From assembly GCA_964016885.1 (NCBI GenBank), contig OZ024740.1:308884001-308948000 (forward strand): a stretch of 64,000 bases of DNA, read 5' to 3'. The notes beneath the pieces were generated by a model. That model saw only the letters and a program-made list of their open reading frames with translations. It was not told the DNA's origin and did not search any database. Origin of the DNA: Eledone cirrhosa. Lineage: Eukaryota. Below, piece after piece: positions 13,101 to 25,015 of this stretch (its first letter is position 1; the number at the start of each line of letters is the position of its first letter). Position numbers and translations under genes: made by a program.

Positions 13101-15073
13101 TATTGCAACACTTGACTTTGGTGTATTGAATAACGTTTATTATGCAACAATTGATTTTATATATATCTATATCTATGTGAGTGAAAAGCAGAGCTTGGAT
13201 GAGTTGAGAGAGAAACTGGGTTTAAGAGGAATCCAGGGTGGTGTGCAGGAGATTTTATGTCTAAGAAATGGGCAAAAATCATGTATAATCCCCCTCCACC
13301 CCAAATTTTACCATATTTTTTTATTTTTTTATCACATTTCATGGTTTATATACGAGTATATATGATAATGGTTATTGTGGAAAGGTAAGGAAGTAACAGT
13401 TAGATTAAACTGAAATCGGGCAAGGATGTGTGTATGTGAAGTCATTTTCATATTGTGAATATTTTTTTGATGTCAATCACTGTTATATTTCAGCTTGAGG
13501 ATGAAATGTTCCAGTGTCTTATTTGTGAAGATTGGTACCATCAAAGAGTAAGTTATTTTTTTTTTGTCTATGTTCAAAACACACGATACATCAAAGGTAA
13601 AACTATTCATAATGTATTTAAATTAATTAATGAAGGATTTTTCAGGATTTACTAAAATTATTTATTGTCCAAACTGTAAAGTGGTTATGTAGGTGTCACA
13701 ACAAAAAGCGCCCAGCCCACACTGTAAAGTGGTCATGTTGGTGACACAAGAAAAAGCACCCAGTCCATATGGTAAAGTGGTTGTGTAGGAGTCATGGTAA
13801 AACGCACCCAGTCTACACTGTAAAGGTATCATGACAAAAAGACCCCAGTAAACACTAAATGTGGTTAGCGTTAGGAAGGACATCCTGCCATAGAAACGAA
13901 GCCAAAATCATTTCTGTGAGCAAAACACGGTCTCCAATCTGGCTTGTCATACGAGACAACTTGTCTAACTCATGCTAGCGTGGAAAATGGATATTAAACA
14001 ATAATATTTTTTAAGATTGTTATTTGTAACATACTGAACAAAAGTTTGACTCTTGTACTGAAAAACTGATACATGTTCGTGAATGGCGATTCTTTTATTA
14101 TTTATTAGTGTTATATATTATTTTCCTTCTACTCTGCATTGGCAATTCATCATTGTCATCATTGTTTAATGCCCTTGTTCCCTGCTAGTAAGAGTTGAAC
14201 ATGTGGTCACAGACTGGTCAGTACTTAAGTGGAGCCTCTGACCTTTAGGTGGGCTGGAGGCGGTGAATTGAAGTCGTTAGAATGTAGACACAACTCATTT
14301 TGCCAGCTGAGTGCACTGGAGCAATGTGAAATAAAGTATCTTGCTCAAGGACACAACGCCCTATTGGGAATCAAACTCACGAACATAAGATTGTGAGCCG
14401 AATACCCTGACCACAAAGCTACGCTGTTTTGAAACCAAAGTCAATAAGAACACACAGTTAGAATTGAAATTAATGCAATTCAGTGTCTCCTTAGTCTTTT
14501 CTGAGGTTTAATATACCCACTTCACAGCAAAACTAAATCTGTTTTTATATTCATAGTAGATCATGTAATATTTTAAAGACATTTTAATAGATTTATTAAC
14601 ATCATTATTTTAATTTATTTTTCAACAAAATTTTCTAGCATTTGGATGCTGAATTACCTGAACATGATGATAGTATAGAGGTTGTATGTAGTAGCTGTAT
14701 GAAACAGTGTCCTTTCCTCTGGTCATACCATGCTGACAATACAGGTAAGTTACTTAACCATTTCAATTGATTAATACAAAATAATAGTTTGTTTTTAATT
14801 GAAAATGGCTGATATTGATTATTTAATTTCTTTCTCCCTAAAAAATTGTTTTTTTTTTATTCCCTCTCTGCCAATGATTTCTTTCAGATCTATGTTGAAT
14901 GTGAAAAGAAAAGATAAATAAACACATGCACACACACACATCATCATCATTGTTTTACATCCCCTTTTTCATGCATGCATGGGTTGAACAAGTCTTTTCC
15001 AGCATAGCATCCCTCCACTTATTGCTTCGTTGATTTGATGACTATGTATCTATCTCTCTATGGAAGCCATTTT

Positions 15074-15122
<49 letters not shown>

Positions 15123-18100
15123 TCATCATCATCATCGTTTAACGTCTCTGTTCCACGCTTGCATGGATTTGGACGGGGGTTTTCCCACTTGAGGCAAGTG
15201 TGGTTGTCTTGCTCACATAGGACTGTCTGGCGGGTTTTCTACAGCTGGATGCCCTTCCTAACACCAACCACATTTACAGTGTGGGACTGGGAGGTTTTTA
15301 CCGTGTTGCCTACACGGTCACATTACAGCGTGGACTGTGTTTTTTTGTTGTGACACCTACACGATCTCGTTTGTTTCGGCCTGGATGTTGTGGCACCAAC
15401 ATAACTTTGCATTGAAGGGGGTGGTGTGGATGGGGTGGGACGGGGGTGTATTTTGTTAGAGATGCCTACTGACTAGTAGGTTTTACTTTGTATTTAGGTG
15501 AGGCGGGTCTTCTCTGTTACTGAGTACCGCCAAAGGTCTCGGTCCAGTGACATTGTCTTGGAGAGGTGTAAGTGTGTGAGGTCGGAATTTATCAGCTCGT
15601 CCCAGGTTTTCCTGGGTCTGCCTACTCCGTGGCTACCATCTATCTTTATTGCCCTGCACTTTGTTATACAGTTATCGTCTTTCATGTGCATCACGTGACC
15701 ATACCAACGTAGCCTTCTCTCGAGTAAACAACATCTGATCCCTCTTATTTCTAATTTTTTCCTTAGTTCGTTTATGCTTTGCCGTTCACGTATATTACTA
15801 TTACACATCCAGCGGAGCATGCAAGCTTCGTTCCTCTCTAGTCTGCGTATATCCTCTGCACACAATGCCCAGATCTCACTGCCATGCAACATTGCTGTTC
15901 GTATGCAGGCATCATACAACCTGCCTTTCATTTTTAGGGAGAACCCTTTAGCGGCTAATAGTGGTATAAGCTCTCTGAACTTTTTCCATCCAGTTCTGAC
16001 TCTAGCTACAGTACTTTCAGAGCACCCTCCCCCACTGCTGATTTTGTCACCCAGGTAACGGAAGCTGTCCACTATTTCTATAGAACCCTCTGCGCAATTG
16101 AAAGAGTTAGTGTTTTGTGGGCACTTGCTGCTACTTATTGCACCAGAGCACTGGCCACATGTAAAATCTGTGTTCTTAGTTAGCTTACCTGTGATCCCAC
16201 TACATCTTTTATGCACCCATACATATATATCAATCTATTTAGACTACATTGTTTTCTATACAAAAGCATATGACAGAACTTTTAGACTTTACTTTAGAAA
16301 TATTTATATATATTAATATTAATATATATATATAAAATAGTACATTATTATGATTTGGCAGAGTTGTTAGTGTTGAATATTTGCTCCAGGTCTCTGCATT
16401 TTGAATTCAAATTCTGCTGAGGTGCCCTTTACCTTTTATCCTTTAAGGGTTGATAAAGCCCTCACCTTCCAGCTGTCACATCCTGGATGTTTCAGTGGAT
16501 CAAGAGGAGGAGGATCAATAGGATGTCTGTGTCTGCTTACAACTGCATGGGTACCTGAAACCCTTAGTTAAAGCATGGTACATACTACCATGTCATACTC
16601 GATTATGAGTGATGGCTGTTGTAGTAGCCTTCGTTTTCACTTTCAAAACAACAAACATCGTCGGACGAAATTTCAGAAATATAAACATCAGATTCATTTG
16701 AAGATAAATCACTAATATTATTGTTTGTTTCTTGTTTATTCTGAATGTCGTCGGGTGTAAAAACTTCAAAGTCGGTATCGCTACTTTCACAAGCCATGTT
16801 GATACAAAAAAAAATTTGTTGCACTTTCAAAGTTAAAAAAACACTTGTTGTTTTATGTTGTTCCACTATATTAAGTGTTAGTTTTCGCGGTAAGAGCCTA
16901 ATCTCGCAGCAGTCTCGAATTGACGAGATTTTGATGATGATTTGTTTATATTTAGAACGATTTTTTAGTGTGGGTGTTTTCGGGCGGTTTGAACAAATGA
17001 AGGGTAAATAATTTTGGGCGGTTTGAACACTAAAGGGTTAATACATTTTGGTGTGAAGTCCTTGATAGATACTTTGTACATCTTTTGTTGAGAATATACC
17101 TTCATGAATAAACTAAATAAAATTGTATTTAAATGTATATTACTCTACAACTTTCATAATAAATTAATTTTTTAGCTGTTAAGGTAGAAAAGGGCAATGA
17201 AAATGTAGATGTGGAAGTAGAAAAGGTCAATGAAAATGTAAATGTGGATGTAGAAAAGGTCAATGAAAATGTAAATGCAGAAATTCAGAAAAATATATCT
17301 CCGTCAGTATCATCAACTTCTAGTGGTTCTGCTGACACTAAACCAGAAGAATCTGTTCTCCAGAAAAAGAAAAATGAAGATGCAAAACCTTCAGATGAAG
17401 AGAATAAATTGGTGAGTTGTCAAACATTAAAATATCCTTTGTGATGCTTACATATTTTATGTTTTATTGATGAAATAAGTGATGAATTTGCAAAGTTGTT
17501 AAGTTGTTGGATTAAAAATCCCTCTGTATTTGTTCCAGCTCATTAGTTCAAAGCTAGCTTAGATAAAGCCACTGGGGTTTTTTTCTTCTTCTCTCTCAGG
17601 AGAAAAATGTAGGAAAAACTATAGAGAATGTGATTTTATCTTATCTTACTGTCAACATGATTGTTTTGATTTTGCCTTTGCTTTCTATGTTGGATGGATC
17701 ATATTTGTTCAAGTCATTTCTTATTTGGTGTTAACTGCCTTCTTAGATTGAAGGATGACATTTCATTTGTAAGTTCTATATTGTGGCAGGGTTTCTATGA
17801 TTAGATGCTCTTCCTAACACTGACCACTTTATAGAGTACTGGGTGCATTTTATCATAGCTTTAGCAGAGAGATTATGTCCTTGGCAGGATTAACACTTGA
17901 GCATTTAAACCGGCTGTATCCAGCCAGAATTCTCTTACCTCTTACTGTTCAAGCCAACTAACTGGCCACTCATACTTATGTTAAGGTATTGTTCTCAAAA
18001 TAAATAACATCAAAATCTCAGATTCAATATTATGTGAGATAAAACCTTTACTACTAAAATACAAAAGTATATATAGAGTAATGTAAATGCTAAAGGGTTA

Positions 18101-21100
18101 ACGGGTCTTTTCAACCTTGTTTGTCAATCTTGCACAGTATTATTAATAGCTTGACTCATACAATATTTTAATGATTTAGCAGAGAATACCTAATGTTTGT
18201 CAATCTCCACTACCTTTATAGCTTAACTCTTAACATCTTGTAATGATTTAGCAGAAAATGTCTAAAAGGAGGTTCATTAATTCATTTGTTTATAGTATCT
18301 TTACTAGTGACAAATAATTGAGAAAATTTCTAGTATTAGAGTAAAGACTTTAATATTTAATGCGATGGGGGTCATAGCACTGTTTTGTATTTTTCAAGGA
18401 TGTCTTGCTAATGTGGTTTCATGTGGTAAAAGATGTTAAGAGTTAAACCAAACTAAAGATTTTAAGTCTTACATGAAATGGAATTCGAAACCGTACATAA
18501 TGTCTAAAAATTCTTAATTAATTGAAACATTGTATTTCGTTAGAAAAACAACAACGAAAGGGTTAAGCATGGAGTTTTTAACCTGGTTTTTTTTTTTTTT
18601 AAATGGTCCTCAGAGTCAGCAAAGATCTTTTTTTTTTAATATATATATATATATTTTTTTTTTTATATTCCAATAAGGACCCTGCTGAAGTGAAATGTGT
18701 GTACAAACAACTAGAGAAAAATGATGTTGTTTTGAAAGAGCAATCTGCATACTGGAAAGAAGGATGGCGCTCTCAGTTATGTTCGTGTCCAGAATGCCAG
18801 GTATGTAATTTATATCTAAATGAATATGGGGGTGGGGCATTATTCAAGACCTAAGAGTAGCTAAAGTTTTCATAGTCCCAAACATTTATTACCATTTTTA
18901 GCTGGCTTTATAACTAGTTAGTAATATTGTTTCCTTTTATTTTAACTACCAGGGAATGTATAAGAGCCACAACGTCTCGTTCTTGTTAGATGAGGATGAT
19001 TTTATCAGTGTGTATGAAAAACAAGGACAACAGTGTAACTCTGAAGCTCCTACTGGAATGGAAGCACTTTCTAAAATGAACAGAGTCCAACAAATGGAAG
19101 TAATCCATGGTAAGAATTTGTCGATGTTTTAACAAAGAATGTTCAGTAATTTAGGCTAAACTTAAAACTGTGTTTATTTATGTAATAACTCTGAGTGAAA
19201 ATTGTATTATTATTTTTATTATGGCCCTTTATGTTCTGAGTTCAAATCCCACTGAGGTTGCCTTTCGTCTTTACGTGGTCGATAAAATAAAGTATCAGTA
19301 TGCACTAGGGTTCGACTTTCCCCCTTCCCTTCAAATTGGTGGTCTTGTGCCAAGAGTAGAAACAATTATTATTAATATTTCTTTAACATATAGGACAGTA
19401 GATTGGCAGAGCAATGGAAAAATGCTTAGCAATGTATGTTTGGTTATGACTTTTTACGTTTCAAGTTCAAATCCCAATGGAGTCAACTTTTTCTTTCATC
19501 CTTTCTAGGCAGATAAATAAAACAGCAATCAGCTACTGAGATCAAATAATTCACTTTACTCTAAATTTTCTGGCCTTGTTTCTAAATCAGATCATTATTA
19601 CCAAAGCATGGTCTTGATGGATAGTTGACCTCAGTCAGTCTGTCAAGATATTCAACCTATATTAGCATTTGAGTCATTTATGGTAGGAGAGCTACCAGTT
19701 GTAAAAGTGTTTATTTAAAAATATACTGTTGTTAAAATGTATGCATGAGAATTTGGTATATAATAGAAATTTGTATCATCCAAAATGAATTTTTTAAACA
19801 ATACAGGGTATTTTGAACCATGATTTTATTTATATTTACATTTTTTAAATGAAGTGTTTTTGTATATTTATGTATGTTGAAAGAGTACAATCGCAAATAC
19901 AAGCAACCAAAATGTGATTCTTCTGAAGGGTTTTTGGAGTAATGTTTCTCACTAGTGTAGCTCAGAGAGTCACTCCAGGTAGAGCCACTACTTCTCTGAA
20001 TTAAGAGATCACAGCTCCGATACTATGAGCATGTGTGAGGAAAGAATCGCTGGATAGATTTTACAGCAAAACCAACTGACAAGAGACTCACCAGTAGATC
20101 CAAAGCAAGATGGTTGGATAACATCCATGAGCTTGATTGATTCAGCTGGATCAGTTGGAGATGGTTGCTTCTGACAGGACCTGCTGGAAGGATTGTTTGG
20201 GGACTGTTACCCCCCCTCTCGAGAATAAGTGGGCGAAGAAGTGTTTTGTGAAAATAGAGGTGGCGGCGAATTGGCAGTCATTGGAGCGTTAGATTAAATG
20301 TTTTCCAGAATTTGTTCTTGCTTTCTAACCTTTATGATAAAATCCTTCCATGGTCAGCTTTGCTTTTCATCGTTTTGGGTTAATAAATAACTTACTAGTC
20401 CAGGAACAGTAAGTTGGTGAAATGTTAGACCATCAGATGAAATGCTTTGTGGTATCTCTTCCAACTCAATGCATTCTTGATTCAAATTCTGCACATAGCA
20501 CAAACATGGAATGTAATGATGACCTGTGGTTTTTCTATTTCCTTCACACTCAAATAGTAGAACAAAATAATATCATGAAGCTATGTTCTGGAAAGAATAT
20601 GCTTTGGAAGAGATACAAGCTGCAGTCTTAGTTTATGAAATTGAGAACGTAGTGGAATTTGAACCCATGTCTCTTTTGTTGATAGCTCAGTATAATTGGT
20701 TCTATATATGTTATGTAGTGTTCATTATTTGCGATAGTCAAGGGAGTTGAAGTTTGATCCAACATTTATTTCAAATTTGAAATGTAGTTGTACCAACGAA
20801 ATAGCTATAACAATAGTTGAGAAAAACTGGGTAAAATACACCTGGAGATGGGAAAGTGGACAGAGGTACCTCTGACCACTTTTTTCCATCTCAAGGGTAT
20901 TTTACCCAGTTTTCTCAAACTATTTATAGTGATTGACTATTGTTTAGTACTTCATTTTTTTGTCTTTGTTTCAAATTGTCTGCCAATGCTTACTTCAACT
21001 ACCCATATTTATTTATATATATATACACATGAACATATATAAAAGAACCTTAAAGTATTGCTTTATTTGTTTAAATAAAACCCATTAAACTTTTCATTTA

Positions 21101-23014
21101 AGGATATAATGACCTAAAGTCTGAACTGACTGATTACCTAAAAAAATTTGCTGATTCCAAGAAGGTAAGACTCTTTAGAACTTTAAAATTTGGCTAGTCA
21201 CTATCATCATTGTCATCGTTTAACGTTTATTTTCTATATTTGCATGGGATAGACTGGTTGTGTTTATGAGGTTAGATAGATCAGATGACCACATCTTGCT
21301 CATACAATCTGTTTTTGGTTTTCTACAGATGGATGTCTTTCATGATGCCAACCACATTTCAGCATGTACTGGGAGCTTTTTTCATGATACCAGCACTACC
21401 ACTGTACTTTTTCCACTGTGCTTTTTCGTTGAAGCACCAGTATGACAACCTTCCAGGATGGATTGGGTGCTTTTTTGCTGTGACATCAGCACGACAACCT
21501 TGCAGGGTGGATTATGTACTTTTTGTTGTGGCACCAGCTCTACCACTGTACAACATTGACTATATTTCGTCTATATCAATGATATGAATGAAGCATGGCT
21601 TTAGGTTCAATCAGACAGTGTAGCATTTTGGTCAAGTGTTACTTACCATAGCCCCAAGTTGACATATGCCTTGTGAGTGAATTTGGTTAGATGGAAACAG
21701 TTTGGAAACCCATCAGATGGACTGTGCCAGTAATTTCAAGGGCCAGCCTTGTCACGCACTGTCCTCCCTGAGAATTACCTTAAGGGTACGCATATCTGTG
21801 GAATTCTCAGCCAATTACATGTTAATTTCATGAGCAGTCCTGTTGATTGGAACACTTATTGTTGAAAGCAATAGTGGTTCATTCTATATCATTGCTTTAA
21901 ACCACCCGTATCCGACCAGAATTCTTTCACCTCTTTATGTTGGTGGCTTAGTTGGAGGAATCATAGTCGCTGGTGGTCCTAGTCTGAAGTTCGATCCTGG
22001 TCGAGATTCGGGTTTCCAGCAAAGCTTTTCAACTTTTTTCTATGGGATGCAAAATAAAATCTGACAAAGATTACATGTACCTCTTGACCAGGATTGAACC
22101 CAAGACCAGGATCTCCACCGTCTCTCGTAACTACCACTAAGCCACCGAGACAACTACGAAAATCTACTGAAAATTCATACTTATAAACCTATTTTCAATA
22201 CAAAATCATATGATGTTGTTCGTGTTTGTAGTGCACCTGAGCACTGTACACAATAATTTCATTATTATTATTAAACCAGCCATAACCGGCTGCTCATATT
22301 TATGTTAAGGTATTGCTCTCAAAATAAATATCAAAATCTCATAGATTCGATATTATGTGAAGATAAAGCCTTTACCATGAAAATATAATAGTAAATATAG
22401 AATAATGTGAATGCTAATGCTGATCTAATTATCATACAAGTGTATGACTTAGTTCCTTTTTAAAAAGAAATATCATAATTATACCCCATAACCTATAAAA
22501 ATTTTATATTGCCACCGAAAATTAATAGGAAGGGGAGACCAAGGCAATTAATTGCCTATTGTTTTCTTTAACCCTTCTGATACTAAACGACCCCTGGTTC
22601 TACGATACTAAGTTGTTTATTGTAAAGTGTTTATATATATATCTAAGAACTTTCCATAACCTTTAATTTTTTGATTATTTTCAAAGTGATTTGAAAATCA
22701 TAGGCAGTGTTTTTCATTAGAAATACATTAATCAAAGGGTGAATGTTATTTCGTAGTCAAAAGATAAGGTTTAGCTGTTTCATGATAACTTAATGAACGT
22801 AAAAAGGCTAACTAGAAATAATTATGTGGAAGGGAAATAAACTACTATCATTACTCCCTACTTCCGTAAGTTATCTCCCTTGATATCTAACTTTAACTTC
22901 TAAAATATTTTGTTCCAGGTTGTACGTGAGGAAGACATCAGAGAGTTTTTCACTGGTTTAGAAGCCAGGAAACGTCAGAAGACCAATAACGTACCTTCCC
23001 ATTTTTGCAAATAG
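10042..23014 (+). CDS. UBR7: E3 ubiquitin ligase UBR7 (UBR-box plus PHD finger), 11 coding exons, 423 aa
   Basis: join(10042-10191,11540-11673,12328-12385,12508-12603,13494-13547,14639-14744,17176-17411,18678-18800,18953-19109,21103-21164,22919-23014) = 1272 nt, all GT-AG and in phase. Motifs LGGSDAKNCTYPQGY, RQALYAC, GICLACSYDCHEGH, ELYTKRNFRCDCGN, YCTCKRPYPDP, EMFQCLICEDWYH, RVQQME, VVREEDIREFF. Confidence 0.96.
11540..11673 (+). CDS. UBR7: UBR7 exon 2 (UBR box)
   Basis: ttttcag|GYLSRQALYACYTC...CHEGHELFELYTK|gtatg. Confidence 0.95.
12328..12385 (+). CDS. UBR7: UBR7 exon 3
   Basis: NFRCDCGNKKFSNRCKLFS|gtaag. Confidence 0.93.
12508..12603 (+). CDS. UBR7: UBR7 exon 4
   Basis: EKSDFNELNQYSQNFTGKYCTCKRPYPDPDDD|gtaag. 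Confidence 0.94.
13494..13547 (+). CDS. UBR7: UBR7 exon 5 (PHD)
   Basis: tttcag|LEDEMFQCLICEDWYHQR|gtaag. Confidence 0.94.
13665..14000 (+). mobile_element. SINE/RTE-3'UTR-type repeat with internal ~45-48 bp tandem units
   Basis: Repeated aaagcacccagtccacactgtaaagtgg units, then gttaggaagg..catgctagcgtggaaaatggat tail. Relatives near 21200 (-), 24065 (+), 35960 (-), 42180 (+), 45340 (-) and 50470 (+). Confidence 0.7.
14290..14430 (-). mobile_element. CORE-SINE-like fragment
   Basis: aaagtatcttgctcaaggacacaac resembles the MIR/CORE segment. Related pieces at 40320-40510, 40620-40800 and 21590-21850. Confidence 0.5.
14639..14744 (+). CDS. UBR7: UBR7 exon 6 (end of PHD)
   Basis: ttctag|HLDAELPEHDDSIEVVCSSCMKQCPFLWSYHADNT|gtaag. 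Confidence 0.92.
15121..16219 (-). mobile_element. RTE-clade LINE 3' part in UBR7 intron 6 (antisense), with 3' UTR and (GAT)n tail
   Basis: 240-aa open frame with VDSFRYLGD, ARVRTGWKKFREL, MLHGSEIW, RRLRWYGHV, GRPRKTW; tail ttaaacgatgatgatg on -. Confidence 0.9.
16590..17041 (-). mobile_element. piggyBac-like transposon left end with acidic transposase N-terminus
   Basis: TTAA-CCCTTTAG terminus on -, duplicated subterminal gttcaaaccgccc, D/E/S-rich peptide MACESSDTDFEVFTPDDI...ESDVYISEISSDD. Confidence 0.6.
17176..17411 (+). CDS. UBR7: UBR7 exon 7 (low-complexity linker)
   Basis: ttttag| acceptor, phase compatible with exon 6, open to ENKL|gtgag. Confidence 0.85.
17890..18100. mobile_element. 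piggyBac-type MITE family A
   Basis: ttaac..t..gcatttaaa at the left and aaatgctaaagggttaa at the right. Copies at 48921-49136, 25050-25240 and 21895-22420 (interrupted). Confidence 0.7.
18223..18446. mobile_element. TTAA-flanked MITE family B
   Basis: TTAA CTCTTAACATCTT ... AAGATGTTAAGAG TTAA (13-bp TIR). Partial copy at 1107-1230. Confidence 0.7.
18678..18800 (+). CDS. UBR7: UBR7 exon 8
   Basis: DPAEVKC...YWKEGWRSQLCSCPECQ|gtatg. Confidence 0.9.
18953..19109 (+). CDS. UBR7: UBR7 exon 9
   Basis: GMYKSHNVSFLLDEDD...EALSKMNRVQQMEVIH|gtaag. Confidence 0.93.
20805..20929. repeat. Palindromic fold-back element in UBR7 intron 9
   Basis: Arms of about 60 bp centred on cagagGTACctctg. Partial relative at 50830-50940. 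Confidence 0.75.
21103..21164 (+). CDS. UBR7: UBR7 exon 10
   Basis: YNDLKSELTDYLKKFADSKK|gtaag. Confidence 0.93.
21941..22272 (+). mobile_element. tRNA-headed SINE with CR1-derived 3' tail, inserted in a MITE
   Basis: A-box tggcttagttgg, B-box gttcgatcc; last ~47 nt match the CR1 end at 39369-39424; (ATT)n tail; splits a family-A MITE. Confidence 0.7.
22919..23014 (+). CDS. UBR7: UBR7 exon 11 (stop)
   Basis: ttccag|VVREEDIREFFTGLEARKRQKTNNVPSHFCK*. Confidence 0.93.
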   Translation, partial: VVREEDIREFFTGLEARKRQKTNNVPSHFCK

Positions 23015-23242
23015 ACGACTAGCAGTCATTGTTGAAACAGCTAGTGAATTCTTCCAAATATTGAACTCCTTATTTCTCTAACTCTTATAATTTGTTTTCT
23101 TATTATGACATCTGTTTCATTTTGATTTTCTTATTTCAACCATAAAACAAAATTGTTATAAAAATAATTCTCTCTTCCATTGACAGTTATTTTCAAAAAG
23201 AAGTTATTTTGTTTTTATTTTTTTTCCTTTTTAAAAGTAATG

Positions 23243-23248
23243 AATAAA
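23243..23248 (+). promoter_or_regulatory. Candidate UBR7 polyadenylation signal
   Basis: AATAAA about 230 nt after the stop; weak evidence in AT-rich DNA. Confidence 0.35.
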
Positions 23249-24849
23249 AACAAAATTTGGTATTTTACCTATTTTAAAGTTGTCAGTAAAGCTTTAAGGA
23301 ATTTCTTTGGGACTATACTGGGTTAATACAAAAATATAAATACAACTTCAAAGTAGTAGATATTTATATCTTAAGAAAAATCTAACAATGATGGCTCAGG
23401 ACATTCATTTAAGAATATATTTCTATAAAAGGCTTTCTTTTTTTTTTTACTTAATATCTGATTGTATAAAATATATATTTAACAAAAATAGTTTTGCAGT
23501 TACTCTCAGGTCTTGAATAGTCGTCCCTGCTTATTAATTGTTCAGACCCTCCCTCTGCATATATTAAAAATTTTGCTAATCTATCTCTGGTGAAATTTTA
23601 TTTTAAGTGGTAGCATTCCTGTAACAATTTTCTTTATACATTAAAAAATATACATGACCCCAAAAGTACATTACTAGAAATGCCATACAATATAAAATAG
23701 GATGGGTTGGGGTCTCAATATTTAAACTGAACAACTAATTCTGGTTTTTAAAAAAATCAACAGAGACAACCTAGAAAAATTACTGATTTTCCAAGAGTAC
23801 AATGTGGAAGAGTCATTTTAGCCATTGTAAAAAAACAACAAAAACTTAACTTTATATTTATTGGTTATTTCTTAGTGTTGAAATTTTTGTTATACTGTCT
23901 AGCTGAAAGACTGTTCTACCTCAAATCAGACTAATGGTGTTATGGTGATGAACTAAATCACACACCTTTACTGCAACCACACTACTTCTAATTATAAATG
24001 TTATTTGGGTTTTATGTATAAACATTAGCCTTACATACTTTCTTTAATTCTTTTACTGGTTTAGTGCCCAGTCCTCACTGTTAGGTGGTTGTGTTTGTGA
24101 CATGACAAAAAGCACCCAGTCTGTATTGTAAGGTGGTCATGTTGGTGACACAACAAAAAATACCCAGTTCATCTTGTAAGGTGGTCATTTTAATGTCACA
24201 ATAAGAAGCACCCAGTCCACACTGTAACGTGGTTGGTGTTAGGAAGGGTGTCCAGCTGTAGAAACCAAGGCAAAGGACTGATCTATATGAGCAAGGTGTG
24301 GTTTCCGGACCTGACTTTTCTCATAACGTGATAACTCATCTAACCTATGCTAGTGTGGAAAATGGACGTTAAATGATGTCATCAACATTGGTATTTTTTT
24401 AGTCAATCCCAATGACCTCACTACTTATTTCAAGCTAGTACTTAGATTAGCATTTATTATCAATTGGCTAAAATACCATCTTGAAATAACACTTTTTTGT
24501 TTTTGCTGACTACTAGTGTTGTTGTGTCCAGCCCATTATATATGTTTGTATCTGGTTTAGAATAGGTACACCGTATTCCTGCTTGTTGTAAGAGGCAGCT
24601 AAAATTGTTTGAAGAAGGGTATCTAGTATAACATTGCCTCAAAGAGTCCCATCTAACCCATGCTAGCATGGAAAAAGGTGGTGTAAAGACAATGCTGATA
24701 ATCATCATCATCATCATCATCATCATCATTAATGTCTTTTCCGACTAGCAAGTGTTATCTCTGACCAAATCGGTACTTAATTGGTGCTGAATACCTCTCA
24801 GATAGGATGCACCCAATATGCTTTAAATTTGTATTTCTGAAGCCATGAT

Positions 24850-25015
24850 AAAATACTCCGAGTACACTCTGTAAATTGGTATTGCTGATGCCTCGGTAAA
24901 ATGCACCCAGTAGACTTTGTTAACTGGTATTGCTGATGCCATAATAAAATCTACCTAGTATACTCTGTTAACTTGTATTGATGATGGCATAATAAAATGC
25001 ACCTAGTACACTCTT
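24850..25015. repeat. 48-bp tandem repeat (~3.5 copies), derived from the SINE internal unit
   Basis: atgcacccag / atctacctag / atgcacctag at 24901, 24949 and 24997. Confidence 0.7.

Noticed and set aside
21941-22148. Genuine tRNA genes
   Set aside because: A and B boxes are present but I could not build a cloverleaf; the context is a SINE.
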